From Bacteroidia bacterium (GTDB lineage Bacteria; Bacteroidota; Bacteroidia; M30B66), in contig OZ257142.1 of assembly GCA_965279035.1 (NCBI GenBank), positions 3,200,001-3,264,000 of the forward strand: a stretch of DNA of 64,000 nt, written 5' to 3'. A program made the position numbers and the translations under genes. Shown piece after piece: positions 50,094 through 60,676 of this stretch. The notes under the pieces are model-generated. The model was not told the origin of the DNA. It ran no database searches and was given only the letters and a program-made list of their open reading frames with translations. Numbering within the stretch: the stretch's first letter is position 1; each line of letters begins with the position of its first letter.

Positions 50094-53000
50094 TTATACT
50101 GAATAATGATAGTAAAGTGAAAGTCCGTTTCCTTGCGGACCAGTAGCTCCGGTTGCTCCAGTAGCGCCTGATGGTCCAGCTGGACCTTGATTACCCTGCG
50201 GTCCTTGTGGTCCAGTTTCTCCTGTTGCGCCAGTTGCTCCAATTGGCCCTTGTGGTCCTGCCGGTCCTGCAGTAGTTGTTGTGTTCGATTCTGTTATTGC
50301 CTTTGTTTTACCAATATTAGCAAGGTCTCGAACACGATCAATTTCTTCTTTAGTTTCAACGGAATCACGATAAACCATTACTGCTCTTAATGGCTGATTC
50401 ATTCTAGAATTTACTTTTTCTAATGTATTCATTAGAGAATAAACCCATTCAGGTGTTGAAGAAGAGCTGCTTTGAGAAATTATTTGCTGAGTGGTACCTC
50501 CAGAACCAAAAGAGCTGCTAGGTGAAGACATTGTTGATGAGTGTGAAATTCTCATTTGAACAGGACTACCCATCATTTCTGCTGGAGAAATTCTGCGACC
50601 ACCTTCATTCATACTTACATGTAATAAACGATCAATTAGAGAGCCGTTATTTCTATATGTTTTTTTAGAAAGTATCATGTATGGTTCGCCGCCTTCCATT
50701 TCTCCAACCTTTTTTCCCGATTGACTATTTACTAAGTCAATTCCACCACCTTCATGCGAAGGACCTTCAGGAACTCCTCCCACTACTCTATTTCCTGATC
50801 GGTATTGTGGAAATGGAGCTGACCAAATTGCAGCTTCTTGAAGTGCCCCCGATATTCCTGCAGCAATGGCTAATCCAGCACCAACTGGATTTGCCATAGC
50901 CGTGTATTTCATAATTGCTTCTGCTGTACTAATTGCGACCTGGAATGAAGCAGCAACGCGATCGGCGATTGCTTGTTTGCGCTTCATTCTATTTATCTCA
51001 GCATTGGCTTTTTTCTCAATTGCCAATTTGCGCTTCTGATACTGCTCTTCAGTAATTAAACCACGCTCTTTTTCTTTATCAAGGGTTGCAATTTTTTTGT
51101 CAGCTGCAGCTTGTGTCTCATTGATGCTTTTCTCAGCACCATTATTCATAATAGTGAATAATGGTCCTATTGTATTAATGAAAGCATTTCCATACTGATT
51201 AATAGCATTTGCAGCCTCTTCTAGTTGTTGTTTTCTAGATTTTGTTGCAGAAGCATTTGCACCATCAGTAATTGCTTTAATTGCAGCCTCACGAGCTTTT
51301 ACTAATTCAGTTACATCAAAACCATACTTCCTTGCAAGGGCAATTAATTCAGTATAATGTGCTGTTACACGCTCAATTTCTAATTGTTGAGGAGTTTTAA
51401 GCGCATTTGCAATTTGCAGCTCAGCTTCTTTTCTTGCCTGAAGTTTTTTGTTTAACTGATCCTTTTCAGCTTCAAGTGCTTTTCGATCACCTTCTTTGGT
51501 TAGCTCTTCCTCCTGATATAGTAATTCGTTTAGTTTGAGTTTAGCAATCTTCTTTTCTTCATCAGAGCCAAACATGATAATTTGGGCCATCTGAGCCTGA
51601 AGGTCTCGGTTTTGTTCAAGTAAAGCATCGGACTTTGCTCGAGCTTGCTGAACTGCAATTTCTGTATCGGTCTTGTAGAGATCCTCAATTGAGGAATTCA
51701 TCTCATCAAGAGCGGCTTGATATCTTTTAAATTCTGCTATTTTAAAATCTACAGAGCTTTTATCTTTTTTTTCTTTTACAACTTTAGTGGTTGTATTTTT
51801 ATTTAAATTGTTTTCAATAGTTTTTGATTCTGCTGCATTTAAAGCCTCTTCCTTAGCTTTTATTTCAGCTTCTGCAGCAGCTCTAGCTTGTTTAATTTGC
51901 TTATCGAGTGCGGTTCCGTCTAATCTTTCTTTTTCGGCTAACCAACCTTTTTGAACGAATAATAGTTGACGATATTTAGCAATATGTGCATTAACTTCGG
52001 CTTGGGTTGCTTCTCTTGTTCTAGTTGTTCCAGAACCTGATCCAGTTACTGATGTTTCATACTCAACAACACTAAAAGTTCCTTTTTTACGTCTTTCGTC
52101 TTCTTGATTTTGAATAATTTCAAGCTGCTTTGAATTTGCTTTTAAAGCATCATTAATATCCCAAATTGCTTTTGCGTTTACTACTTGAAGTCTTGCTTTT
52201 TCAGCATCAATGTAATCTCGAACTCTTTCTGTATTAATACCAATTGCATTTCCATATTTATCAAATTCCGTTGCTGCATTAGGTAATACAGAAGTGACTT
52301 TTTCGATAATTGACTTCATTTCGTCTTGTTCTTGGACAGAAAGATTTGTTTTCTTCGTCAATTCATCATATCGGCTAATCAATGGTTCAAGCTCTACGGT
52401 TAAAGAAGCTAAATCCTTCATTGCGCTATCAAACTCACTAATTGATTCTGTTGCTCTATTACCTTCTACATCAATAACTCCGAAAAGCTCCCCGACTTTC
52501 ATTATTAAGCCTTCTATACCGTGGGTTAATGCAGAGTCCATAAACCAACCGGTAATCTTTTTACCAACCGTATCTATAACGGCACCTGCAGTTTGATTTT
52601 TTATATTAAATTCATTAAGAACACTAGAGGTTTGACCAATGCTTTTGGTTGCTAAATCAACTTTTTGTTTTACTAAAGAAATATTAGATCCAAATTTTGC
52701 CATTACTTCAGAAGCACCTGCTCCATCGACATCAAGCTCTTGAATAATTTTGGCAAATTCGGTATTGCTTTTCGCAGCATTCTTGCTGCCTTGAGCTACG
52801 GCCATAAAAGCGCCGAATAGATCAGTGTCTAGCATCTTTTTAAACTCCTCAACTGGCTTACCTGCGACTTTAGCAAAGTCCTCAATATTGGTAAGCATTT
52901 TCTGAGTTATCTTAACAATAGCAGTTGAGCCGCGTTCGGATGCGATATTAAGTTCTTGTTGCGCAGCTGCCATTCCTAGCACCTGTCCAGAGGAATATCC

Positions 53001-53903
53001 TGCTTGAATTCCATAACCAGCTATTCTATTAGTATTTTCAGCAATAACAGGTCCGGTAGCAGCTCCATTTGCTGCAAGTTCATTTATCGCATTACCAATA
53101 TGAAGTAAATCTTCATCTACTTTATCAGATTTAATATCGGTCAAAACATTTCTCATTTTACCGAGCTCTTCAGCTACTTGTTGAGCGCCTCCGGTAAATT
53201 CATCTCCTAATGCAACATTTGCTATGTCAACTGAAGAAACAAATTCATCGATTTGATTCTTGGCAATATCCATTTGACCTCCTACGATTGCAATGCCTCT
53301 CAAATCAGAATTCGAAGTTCTGGTTTCCATGTCTTTAAACTCTTTATTGAGTTTCCTGACTTCGGAAGTTGTCATGCCGGTCGTTTTCTTTACATCAGCT
53401 ATTTGATCAGATAACTTTCCAGCACCAGCTATCATTCCTCCCAATGAGTTTAAAATGAAACCGCCGGCAAAAATCCCAACGAGTAACATATTTACTCCCT
53501 TGAGCTGGTCCCAAACACTTTTCCATGCCTGTCCAAATGGTCCTAATCCTGTTTCTACAACCTTCATTCGTTTTTGAACAGCTTCTAAACTATTTTTCAA
53601 TCGATCAAATTCACCAGTGTCAGGTTGAGCCATTTTCCAAGCATTCTTAAGTCGTCTTGATTCTGCCTCAAGTTGACGCATGCTCATTTTATTAATATCG
53701 AAGGATCCAGAAAGCTTATCAATTTCTTTAGTTGTTTCCTGAAGTTCTTTCCTCAATTTTTGACCAAGAGGAGAGTTTTCGCCAACCTGAGAAATTGTTC
53801 TTCCCAACCGCTGAGCGCGTTTTTCTAGTTTATCAATTTCAGCAATACCTGATTGCCCATTGATATACACATTAACCCTGGCCGAATTCGTTACGTCGCT
53901 CAT
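50094..53903 (-). CDS. Phage tail tape measure protein with C-terminal collagen-like extension
   Basis: TP901-type core (ADVKKTTGMT...IAIVGGQM...IGNAINELAANG), long coiled coils, GPSHEGGGI motif, then 16 Gly-X-Y triplets. Confidence 0.88.
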   Translation of the reverse strand: MSDVTNSARVNVYINGQSGIAEIDKLEKRAQRLGRTISQVGENSPLGQKLRKELQETTKEIDKLSGSFDINKMSMRQLEAESRRLKNAWKMAQPDTGEFDRLKNSLEAVQKRMKVVETGLGPFGQAWKSVWDQLKGVNMLLVGIFAGGFILNSLGGMIAGAGKLSDQIADVKKTTGMTTSEVRKLNKEFKDMETRTSNSDLRGIAIVGGQMDIAKNQIDEFVSSVDIANVALGDEFTGGAQQVAEELGKMRNVLTDIKSDKVDEDLLHIGNAINELAANGAATGPVIAENTNRIAGYGIQAGYSSGQVLGMAAAQQELNIASERGSTAIVKITQKMLTNIEDFAKVAGKPVEEFKKMLDTDLFGAFMAVAQGSKNAAKSNTEFAKIIQELDVDGAGASEVMAKFGSNISLVKQKVDLATKSIGQTSSVLNEFNIKNQTAGAVIDTVGKKITGWFMDSALTHGIEGLIMKVGELFGVIDVEGNRATESISEFDSAMKDLASLTVELEPLISRYDELTKKTNLSVQEQDEMKSIIEKVTSVLPNAATEFDKYGNAIGINTERVRDYIDAEKARLQVVNAKAIWDINDALKANSKQLEIIQNQEDERRKKGTFSVVEYETSVTGSGSGTTRTREATQAEVNAHIAKYRQLLFVQKGWLAEKERLDGTALDKQIKQARAAAEAEIKAKEEALNAAESKTIENNLNKNTTTKVVKEKKDKSSVDFKIAEFKRYQAALDEMNSSIEDLYKTDTEIAVQQARAKSDALLEQNRDLQAQMAQIIMFGSDEEKKIAKLKLNELLYQEEELTKEGDRKALEAEKDQLNKKLQARKEAELQIANALKTPQQLEIERVTAHYTELIALARKYGFDVTELVKAREAAIKAITDGANASATKSRKQQLEEAANAINQYGNAFINTIGPLFTIMNNGAEKSINETQAAADKKIATLDKEKERGLITEEQYQKRKLAIEKKANAEINRMKRKQAIADRVAASFQVAISTAEAIMKYTAMANPVGAGLAIAAGISGALQEAAIWSAPFPQYRSGNRVVGGVPEGPSHEGGGIDLVNSQSGKKVGEMEGGEPYMILSKKTYRNNGSLIDRLLHVSMNEGGRRISPAEMMGSPVQMRISHSSTMSSPSSSFGSGGTTQQIISQSSSSSTPEWVYSLMNTLEKVNSRMNQPLRAVMVYRDSVETKEEIDRVRDLANIGKTKAITESNTTTTAGPAGPQGPIGATGATGETGPQGPQGNQGPAGPSGATGATGATGPQGNGLSLYYHYSV
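50124..50267 (-). repeat. Collagen-like (Gly-X-Y)16 repeat
   Basis: GPAGPQGPIGATGATGETGPQGPQGNQGPAGPSGATGATGATGPQGNG. Confidence 0.95.
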
Positions 53904-54346
53904 CTTTTTAGTCCATTTATGCCGCGAGCGGCTATTTCAATTTTGCTGGCTATTTCCTTACTGGCAACTTTGGCTATTTCAATCGAAACTGTTTTTGTTA
54001 AAATCGGCAGCTGAGATTCCATTACAGGAGTAATCCAATCGGCTGCTTTTCTATTTATTGATCCTGGAGTGGTTCGAACAACTATTCCAGATCCTTCAGG
54101 ATTTACTTTATATACACCTCCAACACCTTTAGCTAAATAAATACCGGTTTTATCGAAAGTAAATCCGGCTCGCTCAACCATTTGATCAACTTTGCGGGTA
54201 TTGTGTTTTAAGCTAGAAAGCAAGCTGTCGCTTGGACTTTTTAAAACGCGTTGAAGGTTTTCGCTCTGAAGTTGCCATGTTCTAACACTCCAGGCTTCAA
54301 CTGCTCTATTAAGACCAATCCAAACATTATTGCTTTTACTGGCCAT
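53900..54346 (-). CDS. Phage neck/tail completion-like protein
   Basis: Basic 148-aa ORF (from ATG 54346) with F-x-x-x-G-I-Y-L-x-x-G-V-G and R-K-A-x-D-W motifs, directly upstream of tape measure. Confidence 0.5.
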   Translation of the reverse strand: MASKSNNVWIGLNRAVEAWSVRTWQLQSENLQRVLKSPSDSLLSSLKHNTRKVDQMVERAGFTFDKTGIYLAKGVGGVYKVNPEGSGIVVRTTPGSINRKAADWITPVMESQLPILTKTVSIEIAKVASKEIASKIEIAARGINGLKR

Positions 54347-56606
54347 CTTCTGGATCGAATTGAAAATTGTTTCTATAAAGCTCAATTTCACCTTCTTCAA
54401 TTCCAGCTTCAGAAATTGTGAAGGTTAATTTACCGGCAACAAAAACACTATTTGATAGTTTTTTTTGTTTCCGAAAAACGTTTTGAATAAATGGCAAATC
54501 GATATATATAATATCACGGATTTTCTCAGTATTACGAATAAAAGATTCCCATTTTTTCCACCATAAATTATAAATTGAGTTTGGTAGTTTTTGATCCCAG
54601 GATAATACATATTTGCCAAGTGGATCTTCTCCGGCAACATTTGAAATGTTCATTGAGGAAGCAACGGGAACAAGACTTGCACTAAACGGTTTAGCAACAA
54701 GTCCTCGATAATAAGAAAGTCGGATTGCAGAGAAGTCGTTGTAATTTAAATCATACCGAGGAAAGTGCATTGATGTTTGAATGTTCGGAGCCAAAGAAGC
54801 ATGAATTCCACCAGCGACAGACATTAATACGGGTGAAAATGAAGGAGGAACTATTTTCTTGGAAGCATCACCTGAAGTCGTGTTAAAAAAAGCATCAGTG
54901 TAAATAGTATAGGTCCTTGATCCATCTTGAGCAACCGAAATTAAAAACGCTTTATTATTTACTCTTGAGATGAATATTTTTCCATCTGCTCCATCAGGAT
55001 ATACTGTGTCGTAATAACCAATGAAATCTTCGGTTTTAATTGCTTTGAAATTATTGTCTATTAGCTTGTCTTCTGCTTTAGAAAAGTCCCAAGAAAAATC
55101 ATATCCTTTAATGTCGGCAGTTCTTGTAGGCAACTCATCTCCAATTCGATCATCAATTGATTCTATTGGCGATTCAAGAGATGTAATACACTTATCTATT
55201 GAAACAGAATTTGTTGTCCAATCAAAATTAAAAGCCAGATTAAATGCCTGTTTTACTCCTTTTAAGAAATCTTCGATTGAAATATTTGGCATGAATTCAG
55301 CCAATTTAAATGGCTCAATTATATCATTACCTGAATAATCTAGATTCACAACTTGAAAAGTGAGAGAATCGATAGAAATAGCAGAACCAGTAGCAATTAT
55401 TGGAATCAGCGCTATTGATGAAAAGTGGTTCGGAGTAAATGCAGGTTCATCAATATTTATATCAAATGAAACAGTATAGGTATTAGTTTCATCTGTAACA
55501 GTTAATCCAGTTGTTATTTGATAAGCAACATCACCATTAATTGCTCCACCTGTCCCATTTAAAGTTAAGCCTACACCAAAGAAACCAATTGCAACAACTC
55601 CTGTTGTTTCTTGGGACATTTTTGCATGAATAACTACCCTGTAATTAGTTCCATCAACAACCTTTACTTTCAATAAATCATGTGGATATTGAACATCCAT
55701 TGTATTATCTATGAAAACTCCAATGGTGCTTTCATAATCTTGGTCCATTGGATCGTGTCCAGCTGGATCATTAAAGCTTGTAATTTTAGGGAAATGCCAA
55801 GGAAAGAATGGGTTTCCTTCATAAGCAGCATCGTAAGTTGAACACGATGCTTGCATTAATTTCCCAGAATCGAGCTGAAATAATTTATTGGAAAAAAATG
55901 ATAGATTTCTTTGTTCTTTATCGTTTATAAATGATCCAGTTACATTGTAGCCAAATTGATTAAATAACGCTTCAAGTACTGAAACAATTCGAATTTTGGG
56001 CGAAGTAAAATAGCGTTTACAATCACTCAATAATGAATTAGAATAAAATGGTGCAAATGATGTTGGATTATTCCATCTATTTAAAATACCATCATAGTAA
56101 TCATTGATAAATGATACATCCTTAATATCATCAAATACAATTTCATTCTTAATTAATGGCCACACAACTGCCTGCTCGATCTCATTAGGATCATTGCACA
56201 ATGCCATCCAATCCAGAGCATCAGAAATTAAATTGAATGTTTTATTGTGTCTTGAAAAGTCAATATCTCGAAGTGTTTTTCCTTGAATGTCTATGTTAAT
56301 TCCATTTAGAATTACTGAACATCTGTAAATATTCTTAGTGTTTTCTAAACGAACAATTTTGCATCGATCAAAATACTCTCCCAATAAATAAAGCTGTCCA
56401 TCGACAGATTTTACACGGGAATAAGTATCAATTAATCTGGCATGCTTAAATATTAAATCGTTTGTTGGTGTTGAAGGAAAATTATTGGGAAATGTTAAGC
56501 TTCCTGGAATAACATCTTCTTCAAAAGCAGAGTGATTTAATTCAAAAACCACTTTGCCATCTGTAGGCATTCCAAACCATAAATCACCAACCTTGATCGC
56601 AAACAT
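54336..56606 (-). CDS. Phage tail protein (hub/tip-like)
   Basis: 756 aa, N-terminal F-E...PGSLTFP...P-x-T-P-x-N-x-x-I-F motif and MPNISIEDFLKGVKQAFNL segment typical of Bacteroidota phage tail proteins; operon position. Confidence 0.6.
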   Translation of the reverse strand: MFAIKVGDLWFGMPTDGKVVFELNHSAFEEDVIPGSLTFPNNFPSTPTNDLIFKHARLIDTYSRVKSVDGQLYLLGEYFDRCKIVRLENTKNIYRCSVILNGINIDIQGKTLRDIDFSRHNKTFNLISDALDWMALCNDPNEIEQAVVWPLIKNEIVFDDIKDVSFINDYYDGILNRWNNPTSFAPFYSNSLLSDCKRYFTSPKIRIVSVLEALFNQFGYNVTGSFINDKEQRNLSFFSNKLFQLDSGKLMQASCSTYDAAYEGNPFFPWHFPKITSFNDPAGHDPMDQDYESTIGVFIDNTMDVQYPHDLLKVKVVDGTNYRVVIHAKMSQETTGVVAIGFFGVGLTLNGTGGAINGDVAYQITTGLTVTDETNTYTVSFDINIDEPAFTPNHFSSIALIPIIATGSAISIDSLTFQVVNLDYSGNDIIEPFKLAEFMPNISIEDFLKGVKQAFNLAFNFDWTTNSVSIDKCITSLESPIESIDDRIGDELPTRTADIKGYDFSWDFSKAEDKLIDNNFKAIKTEDFIGYYDTVYPDGADGKIFISRVNNKAFLISVAQDGSRTYTIYTDAFFNTTSGDASKKIVPPSFSPVLMSVAGGIHASLAPNIQTSMHFPRYDLNYNDFSAIRLSYYRGLVAKPFSASLVPVASSMNISNVAGEDPLGKYVLSWDQKLPNSIYNLWWKKWESFIRNTEKIRDIIYIDLPFIQNVFRKQKKLSNSVFVAGKLTFTISEAGIEEGEIELYRNNFQFDPEDGQ

Positions 56607-58234
56607 TAGAATGAATTATTAAGTAAACCTGCGCTGTGTTCTGTGTATGATCTACGGTAGCGAAAAGAAAAACCATAGAGATATTCTCCATCGTTTTTAT
56701 CCTTGGTAATTAGAAATGTTCCAGGTTCTATTTTAATCGAATAACGATATCCATTTAAACCGTTGTAGAAATTGTCTCTAACTATTTCCCAAACATTTTC
56801 GGAAAGAATTAAGTTGATGTATCGATAAACCTCACTTAAAGAAAGGTTGCCGGTTGAACAATCATAAAGCTCTGAGAACTCTATAAGTTTTTGTGATACA
56901 TTTTTTCTTTTCCAATATACTTCCGGAACAGAAAACTGATTGTATTCAGTTTTTGAAATTTCAATGGATTGAGAGTTCTCGCCGGTGCATCGAAATACTT
57001 CAGCTCCACCAATGGATGTTTCACTCAGAAAATATTTCTCACCAAACTTGGAAGGAACAATTTTATAATTTCCAAAACTAGCCTTAGGAGTTTCTGAATA
57101 GAATTCAACTAAGCTCAATGAATAAGAAACAATATCATCTATTGTTTTATCCAATGATGTACAAATTCCAACTATGTCAAGCGATGTTTGAAATAAGCCT
57201 ACTGGAAAAATTACTACTTCATTTATTGGACAATTAAATAAAGCTCTGCTTGCGTTGTAAGATGTGTTGTCTTTAAATACAAGCGTTTGTTCGACGCTTA
57301 TATAAAGATTATCCAAGGTATTAAACCAATACTTGTATTGTTCCTGATATAATGTTACTTCATCAGCTAAACTGTAAGTTAAAACACCTTGGATTTCTCC
57401 AATTACATATTCTTGTAAGTAATCATCCCATGCATCTTGATTCTCCTGGCGACTTCCACCTCTAAGCACATAAGTATTTTCTTTAAATTCAAATTCATTG
57501 ACTGCAGGAGGGTTTCCATATATTTCATAAACGGCTGGAATGAATTTAATGCAATGACCGGTTGCTATTTTCCCACCAATTTGCATTGGATCCGGTGGTG
57601 TAAATTTGGTTAATGAATGAAGTGGATTTTGAATGTCGAATTGAATATCGATTTCAGTAATATTTTCTTGAATTATAATTACAGGAGCAATGTGTTCAGA
57701 AAATAAAACTTTAGTAATTGATTCACCATCAATAAGTCCATTAACGAATTTATAAAGTGATAATCCGACTTGATAATTCAGTTTGTGAGCTGTAATTATA
57801 CCAGAATCTTCATCGGATTCTAAAATATCTAGAGTAACAGTTGTGGATCCATCGCCTAATCTTTGTGCCCAGAATTGAGAGCCAATTTCTTTGGCTTTAA
57901 TTCTAATTTGATCAGGGCTTCCATCAACAAAAACAATGAATGATTTTACGAAATAATAATTCAAATTAAGAGTGGCCATGGCATTGCTTAAACAATCTTC
58001 AGCAGTTGCGCCAATTAGAATTTCATTCCATGCATTTGTTGGGCTTGTTTTCCAAGTAAATAGAATGCTTCCACCAGGCCAAATAAATTTCCACTGATAA
58101 CCATCAGAAGGAATTGCTCCCAACTTCACTACCTGGTAATAGTTTAATAGATAATGATCTTCAAGTCCAGTTGTGATTACTACTGGAGCTTTGTCTTTAG
58201 AAAAATAAATAGAGCGAAAACTACTTGAAACCAT
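56606..58234 (-). CDS. Phage tail/baseplate-like protein
   Basis: 542 aa, C-terminal F-L-x-E-T-S-I-G-G-x-E-x-F-R-C-T-G...S-T-G...L-I-L-S-E-N-V pattern; operon position. Confidence 0.55.
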   Translation of the reverse strand: MVSSSFRSIYFSKDKAPVVITTGLEDHYLLNYYQVVKLGAIPSDGYQWKFIWPGGSILFTWKTSPTNAWNEILIGATAEDCLSNAMATLNLNYYFVKSFIVFVDGSPDQIRIKAKEIGSQFWAQRLGDGSTTVTLDILESDEDSGIITAHKLNYQVGLSLYKFVNGLIDGESITKVLFSEHIAPVIIIQENITEIDIQFDIQNPLHSLTKFTPPDPMQIGGKIATGHCIKFIPAVYEIYGNPPAVNEFEFKENTYVLRGGSRQENQDAWDDYLQEYVIGEIQGVLTYSLADEVTLYQEQYKYWFNTLDNLYISVEQTLVFKDNTSYNASRALFNCPINEVVIFPVGLFQTSLDIVGICTSLDKTIDDIVSYSLSLVEFYSETPKASFGNYKIVPSKFGEKYFLSETSIGGAEVFRCTGENSQSIEISKTEYNQFSVPEVYWKRKNVSQKLIEFSELYDCSTGNLSLSEVYRYINLILSENVWEIVRDNFYNGLNGYRYSIKIEPGTFLITKDKNDGEYLYGFSFRYRRSYTEHSAGLLNNSF

Positions 58235-58722
58235 TACAATTCAGTTTTGAAATTCCTTTGTGATCCAATAGGAAATGTGATCATGTATCCAATTCCATTA
58301 TCGAGTGTTGATCCAATCTCATCGTATTTTATTTCTGAAGTATGGAAATGCTGAAGGAGTTGTCCTTTCCCATTGTTTGAATGACGGTATTGGTTTAGCC
58401 TTTCCATTAGTGCCATTCCAATTACAAGGCATTCATCTCGAACTAATCTATTCAATGTAAATTCTTCTCTTTTACCTTGTTTGAGAACAAATATTTTGGC
58501 TTTTTTAATATCCAAATTGTTAGATCCAACTCCACCAGTTTGCGGACCCATAATAATTGCCGGCCAATGAATACTTCGGTTATTACGAGCTGTTTCAGCT
58601 TCTTCATAACTACCGAAGAAATGGTTTTCTGTATCTGATTGTCCTGTTAAAGCAACACAATCAGTACAAACGAGCTTCAGTAGATCATAAAGATCTTGTT
58701 CACTTAGAATTTTGCTCATCAT
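58234..58722 (-). CDS. Phage protein, possible tail terminator
   Basis: 162 aa in coupled virion operon; WPAII and C-terminal G-Y-x-I-T-F pattern. Confidence 0.45.
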   Translation of the reverse strand: MMSKILSEQDLYDLLKLVCTDCVALTGQSDTENHFFGSYEEAETARNNRSIHWPAIIMGPQTGGVGSNNLDIKKAKIFVLKQGKREEFTLNRLVRDECLVIGMALMERLNQYRHSNNGKGQLLQHFHTSEIKYDEIGSTLDNGIGYMITFPIGSQRNFKTEL

Positions 58723-59537
58723 TTTTTGCTTTTAATTTCCTGTTCATGCTGCTCTTTAGCGCGCATGTCTAGATATTTTAAAATATTGTGCACCGGCTCT
58801 TCCTCCGTCTTTTCACGATTTCCAAAAGGTCCTCCTGAAAGGCTAATTGTTAATGCGTGATAGTCAACAGGAGTTTGTTTTTTCGATTTATTAAAATCAT
58901 TTGCTGGATCCTGTTTTTTGTTAGGAAATAAATTCTTGTAGCTACCAATTACACTTGTTCTAAGTGCTCCATAGTGCATTGCAATTGCAACTTTTAATTC
59001 AATTGGTTTCTTTTTCCACATTGGAATAAAGCGATCGGCATTTACATGATTTTGCCAATCATTTCCTTTGTGAGTTAACTTAAATACAAGTGTGTCTTTA
59101 GGAGTATAGATTAATGCGCACAGAGTGTCCAATGATTCGGCATTTCCTCCAATCCAAGAAGTATAAAATGCATCTACTAGGCACCATCTTCCCCAAGAAA
59201 GATTTTTAAAGCTGTCGTCCATTCCGGTAAAACCTCTAACGGTTTTCATCATGATACCTTTTTTCATGATTGGCTTTTCTAACAGCGGCAATAGCAAATT
59301 GGAAACGCACTGAGAATAAAACTCATCACCAGGTAAATGAAGTCCAATCCAAAGCCAGGACAAACCAGCAATTTCTTTGAACATGATTATGTGTCCTTGG
59401 TCTTCAGGAAGATCTTGCACCTTAGCAATACTGATAAGGTGCCGGTCTTTTAGTTCATCCCAATTCTCAGGAAACTTAAATTTTCGGCTGGCCAATACCT
59501 TAGTATCGGTTTCTTTTCGAATGTCGATATCAAGCAT
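58719..59537 (-). CDS. Phage hypothetical protein (possible tail assembly chaperone)
   Basis: P-E-N-W-D-E-L N-terminal motif, C-terminal G-P-F-G-N-x-E-x-T; start placed at ATG 59537 overlapping upstream stop. Confidence 0.5.
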   Translation of the reverse strand: MLDIDIRKETDTKVLASRKFKFPENWDELKDRHLISIAKVQDLPEDQGHIIMFKEIAGLSWLWIGLHLPGDEFYSQCVSNLLLPLLEKPIMKKGIMMKTVRGFTGMDDSFKNLSWGRWCLVDAFYTSWIGGNAESLDTLCALIYTPKDTLVFKLTHKGNDWQNHVNADRFIPMWKKKPIELKVAIAMHYGALRTSVIGSYKNLFPNKKQDPANDFNKSKKQTPVDYHALTISLSGGPFGNREKTEEEPVHNILKYLDMRAKEQHEQEIKSKK

Positions 59538-60060
59538 ACGGCTTTCCCTTTCTGTAGTGCTTCCAATAGTAATATCCTCCAACACCAAGGATTACTAAAA
59601 TTGAAATGACAAATAGCATATCAACAATTAAATTCCACTTTGCGGCTTTAATTTGGTCATTACAATCGCAAGGGATGTGCATCCTTTGATTTATAAGTGA
59701 AGATTCGGACTTGTTTGCGCCTTTAATATTTTGGGCCTTAAAAAACGCTTCTAATGCAATATTTCCATTCTTGCCTCTTGATGCCCGAATTTGAGCCTTT
59801 TCATCTTCTGCAATTATGGTTTGCTTTCCATCTGCAGGGAGTTGTTTAAACCAATCGGGGCATGGACCGCTGAGACCGGATAATTTAAATTCAGGAATTG
59901 TAGTGTCTTTTACAATGAGTGAATAATTATGGTCAATTGAAGCCGGAAATCGTTCAATACATCGGCGCTCCAATGATTTGCATCCAAGTGCAAACAAAGT
60001 AATTAGAACTGCAAATAAATACAGCAAAATCGATAAATAAAGTCGGGTGCTTTTTGTCAT
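59530..60060 (-). CDS. Spanin-like lipoprotein (unimolecular spanin architecture)
   Basis: From ATG 60060: signal peptide ending LFALGC (lipobox) and C-terminal TM helix followed by basic tail; downstream of endolysin. Confidence 0.65.
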   Translation of the reverse strand: MTKSTRLYLSILLYLFAVLITLFALGCKSLERRCIERFPASIDHNYSLIVKDTTIPEFKLSGLSGPCPDWFKQLPADGKQTIIAEDEKAQIRASRGKNGNIALEAFFKAQNIKGANKSESSLINQRMHIPCDCNDQIKAAKWNLIVDMLFVISILVILGVGGYYYWKHYRKGKPYA

Positions 60061-60085
60061 GGTTTTATTTAGTTTTTCTATATAA

Positions 60086-60676
60086 TTATTTAGAAACTCT
60101 ACATTTTTTGAATCTAGAAACTCCAAATATTTGCTTGATGTGTCGCCATTTTCGAGCGATCATATTTCCATTTCGTGTTGCTTCTCCATAATTAGCATCA
60201 CCGGTATTGGCTTCGACTGTTTCAACCATATTTCCATGTGATTGATGCCAAAATCCAACATGTCCAATTCTATTTAATTTAGAAAACCATAGGCCGATTA
60301 CATCTCCACGTTCAGGAGTTTGAAATGGCAATGATTTATGTTGCCAATAAATGCGATTTGAAGAGGGGAAAAAGAAAGGAGACCATGCGCTGCGAGGTGT
60401 GCAACAAACTCCCGCAGCTCGAAGAATTGAATCAACGAAACTCGCACAATAAGGACTTCCTTTGGCAGATCCTGTTGAACGAATAATTGCTTCGATTACT
60501 GGTCCATCGTTATGACCAGTTGCTTCTTTTATTCCTACAAAACCGAGATATTCCCAAGCAATTGCATTGGGTTTTACCCTGCAAACTGACTGAGAATAAA
60601 CATGAACAGAGCCATATAGGCAAAAAGCAACCATTGCCGCGATGTAGCGGACATTGAAAAAAACTCGTCTGTACAT
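60086..60676 (-). CDS. CHAP-domain endolysin with N-terminal hydrophobic signal
   Basis: E-x-T-G-x-N-D-G, PYCASFV (Cys), PERGDV, IGHVG (His), TVEANT. Confidence 0.85.
   Translation of the reverse strand: MYRRVFFNVRYIAAMVAFCLYGSVHVYSQSVCRVKPNAIAWEYLGFVGIKEATGHNDGPVIEAIIRSTGSAKGSPYCASFVDSILRAAGVCCTPRSAWSPFFFPSSNRIYWQHKSLPFQTPERGDVIGLWFSKLNRIGHVGFWHQSHGNMVETVEANTGDANYGEATRNGNMIARKWRHIKQIFGVSRFKKCRVSK

Noticed and set aside
48417-58234. Diversity-generating retroelement acting on tail/receptor genes
   Set aside because: No reverse transcriptase and no template/variable repeat pair seen in the window
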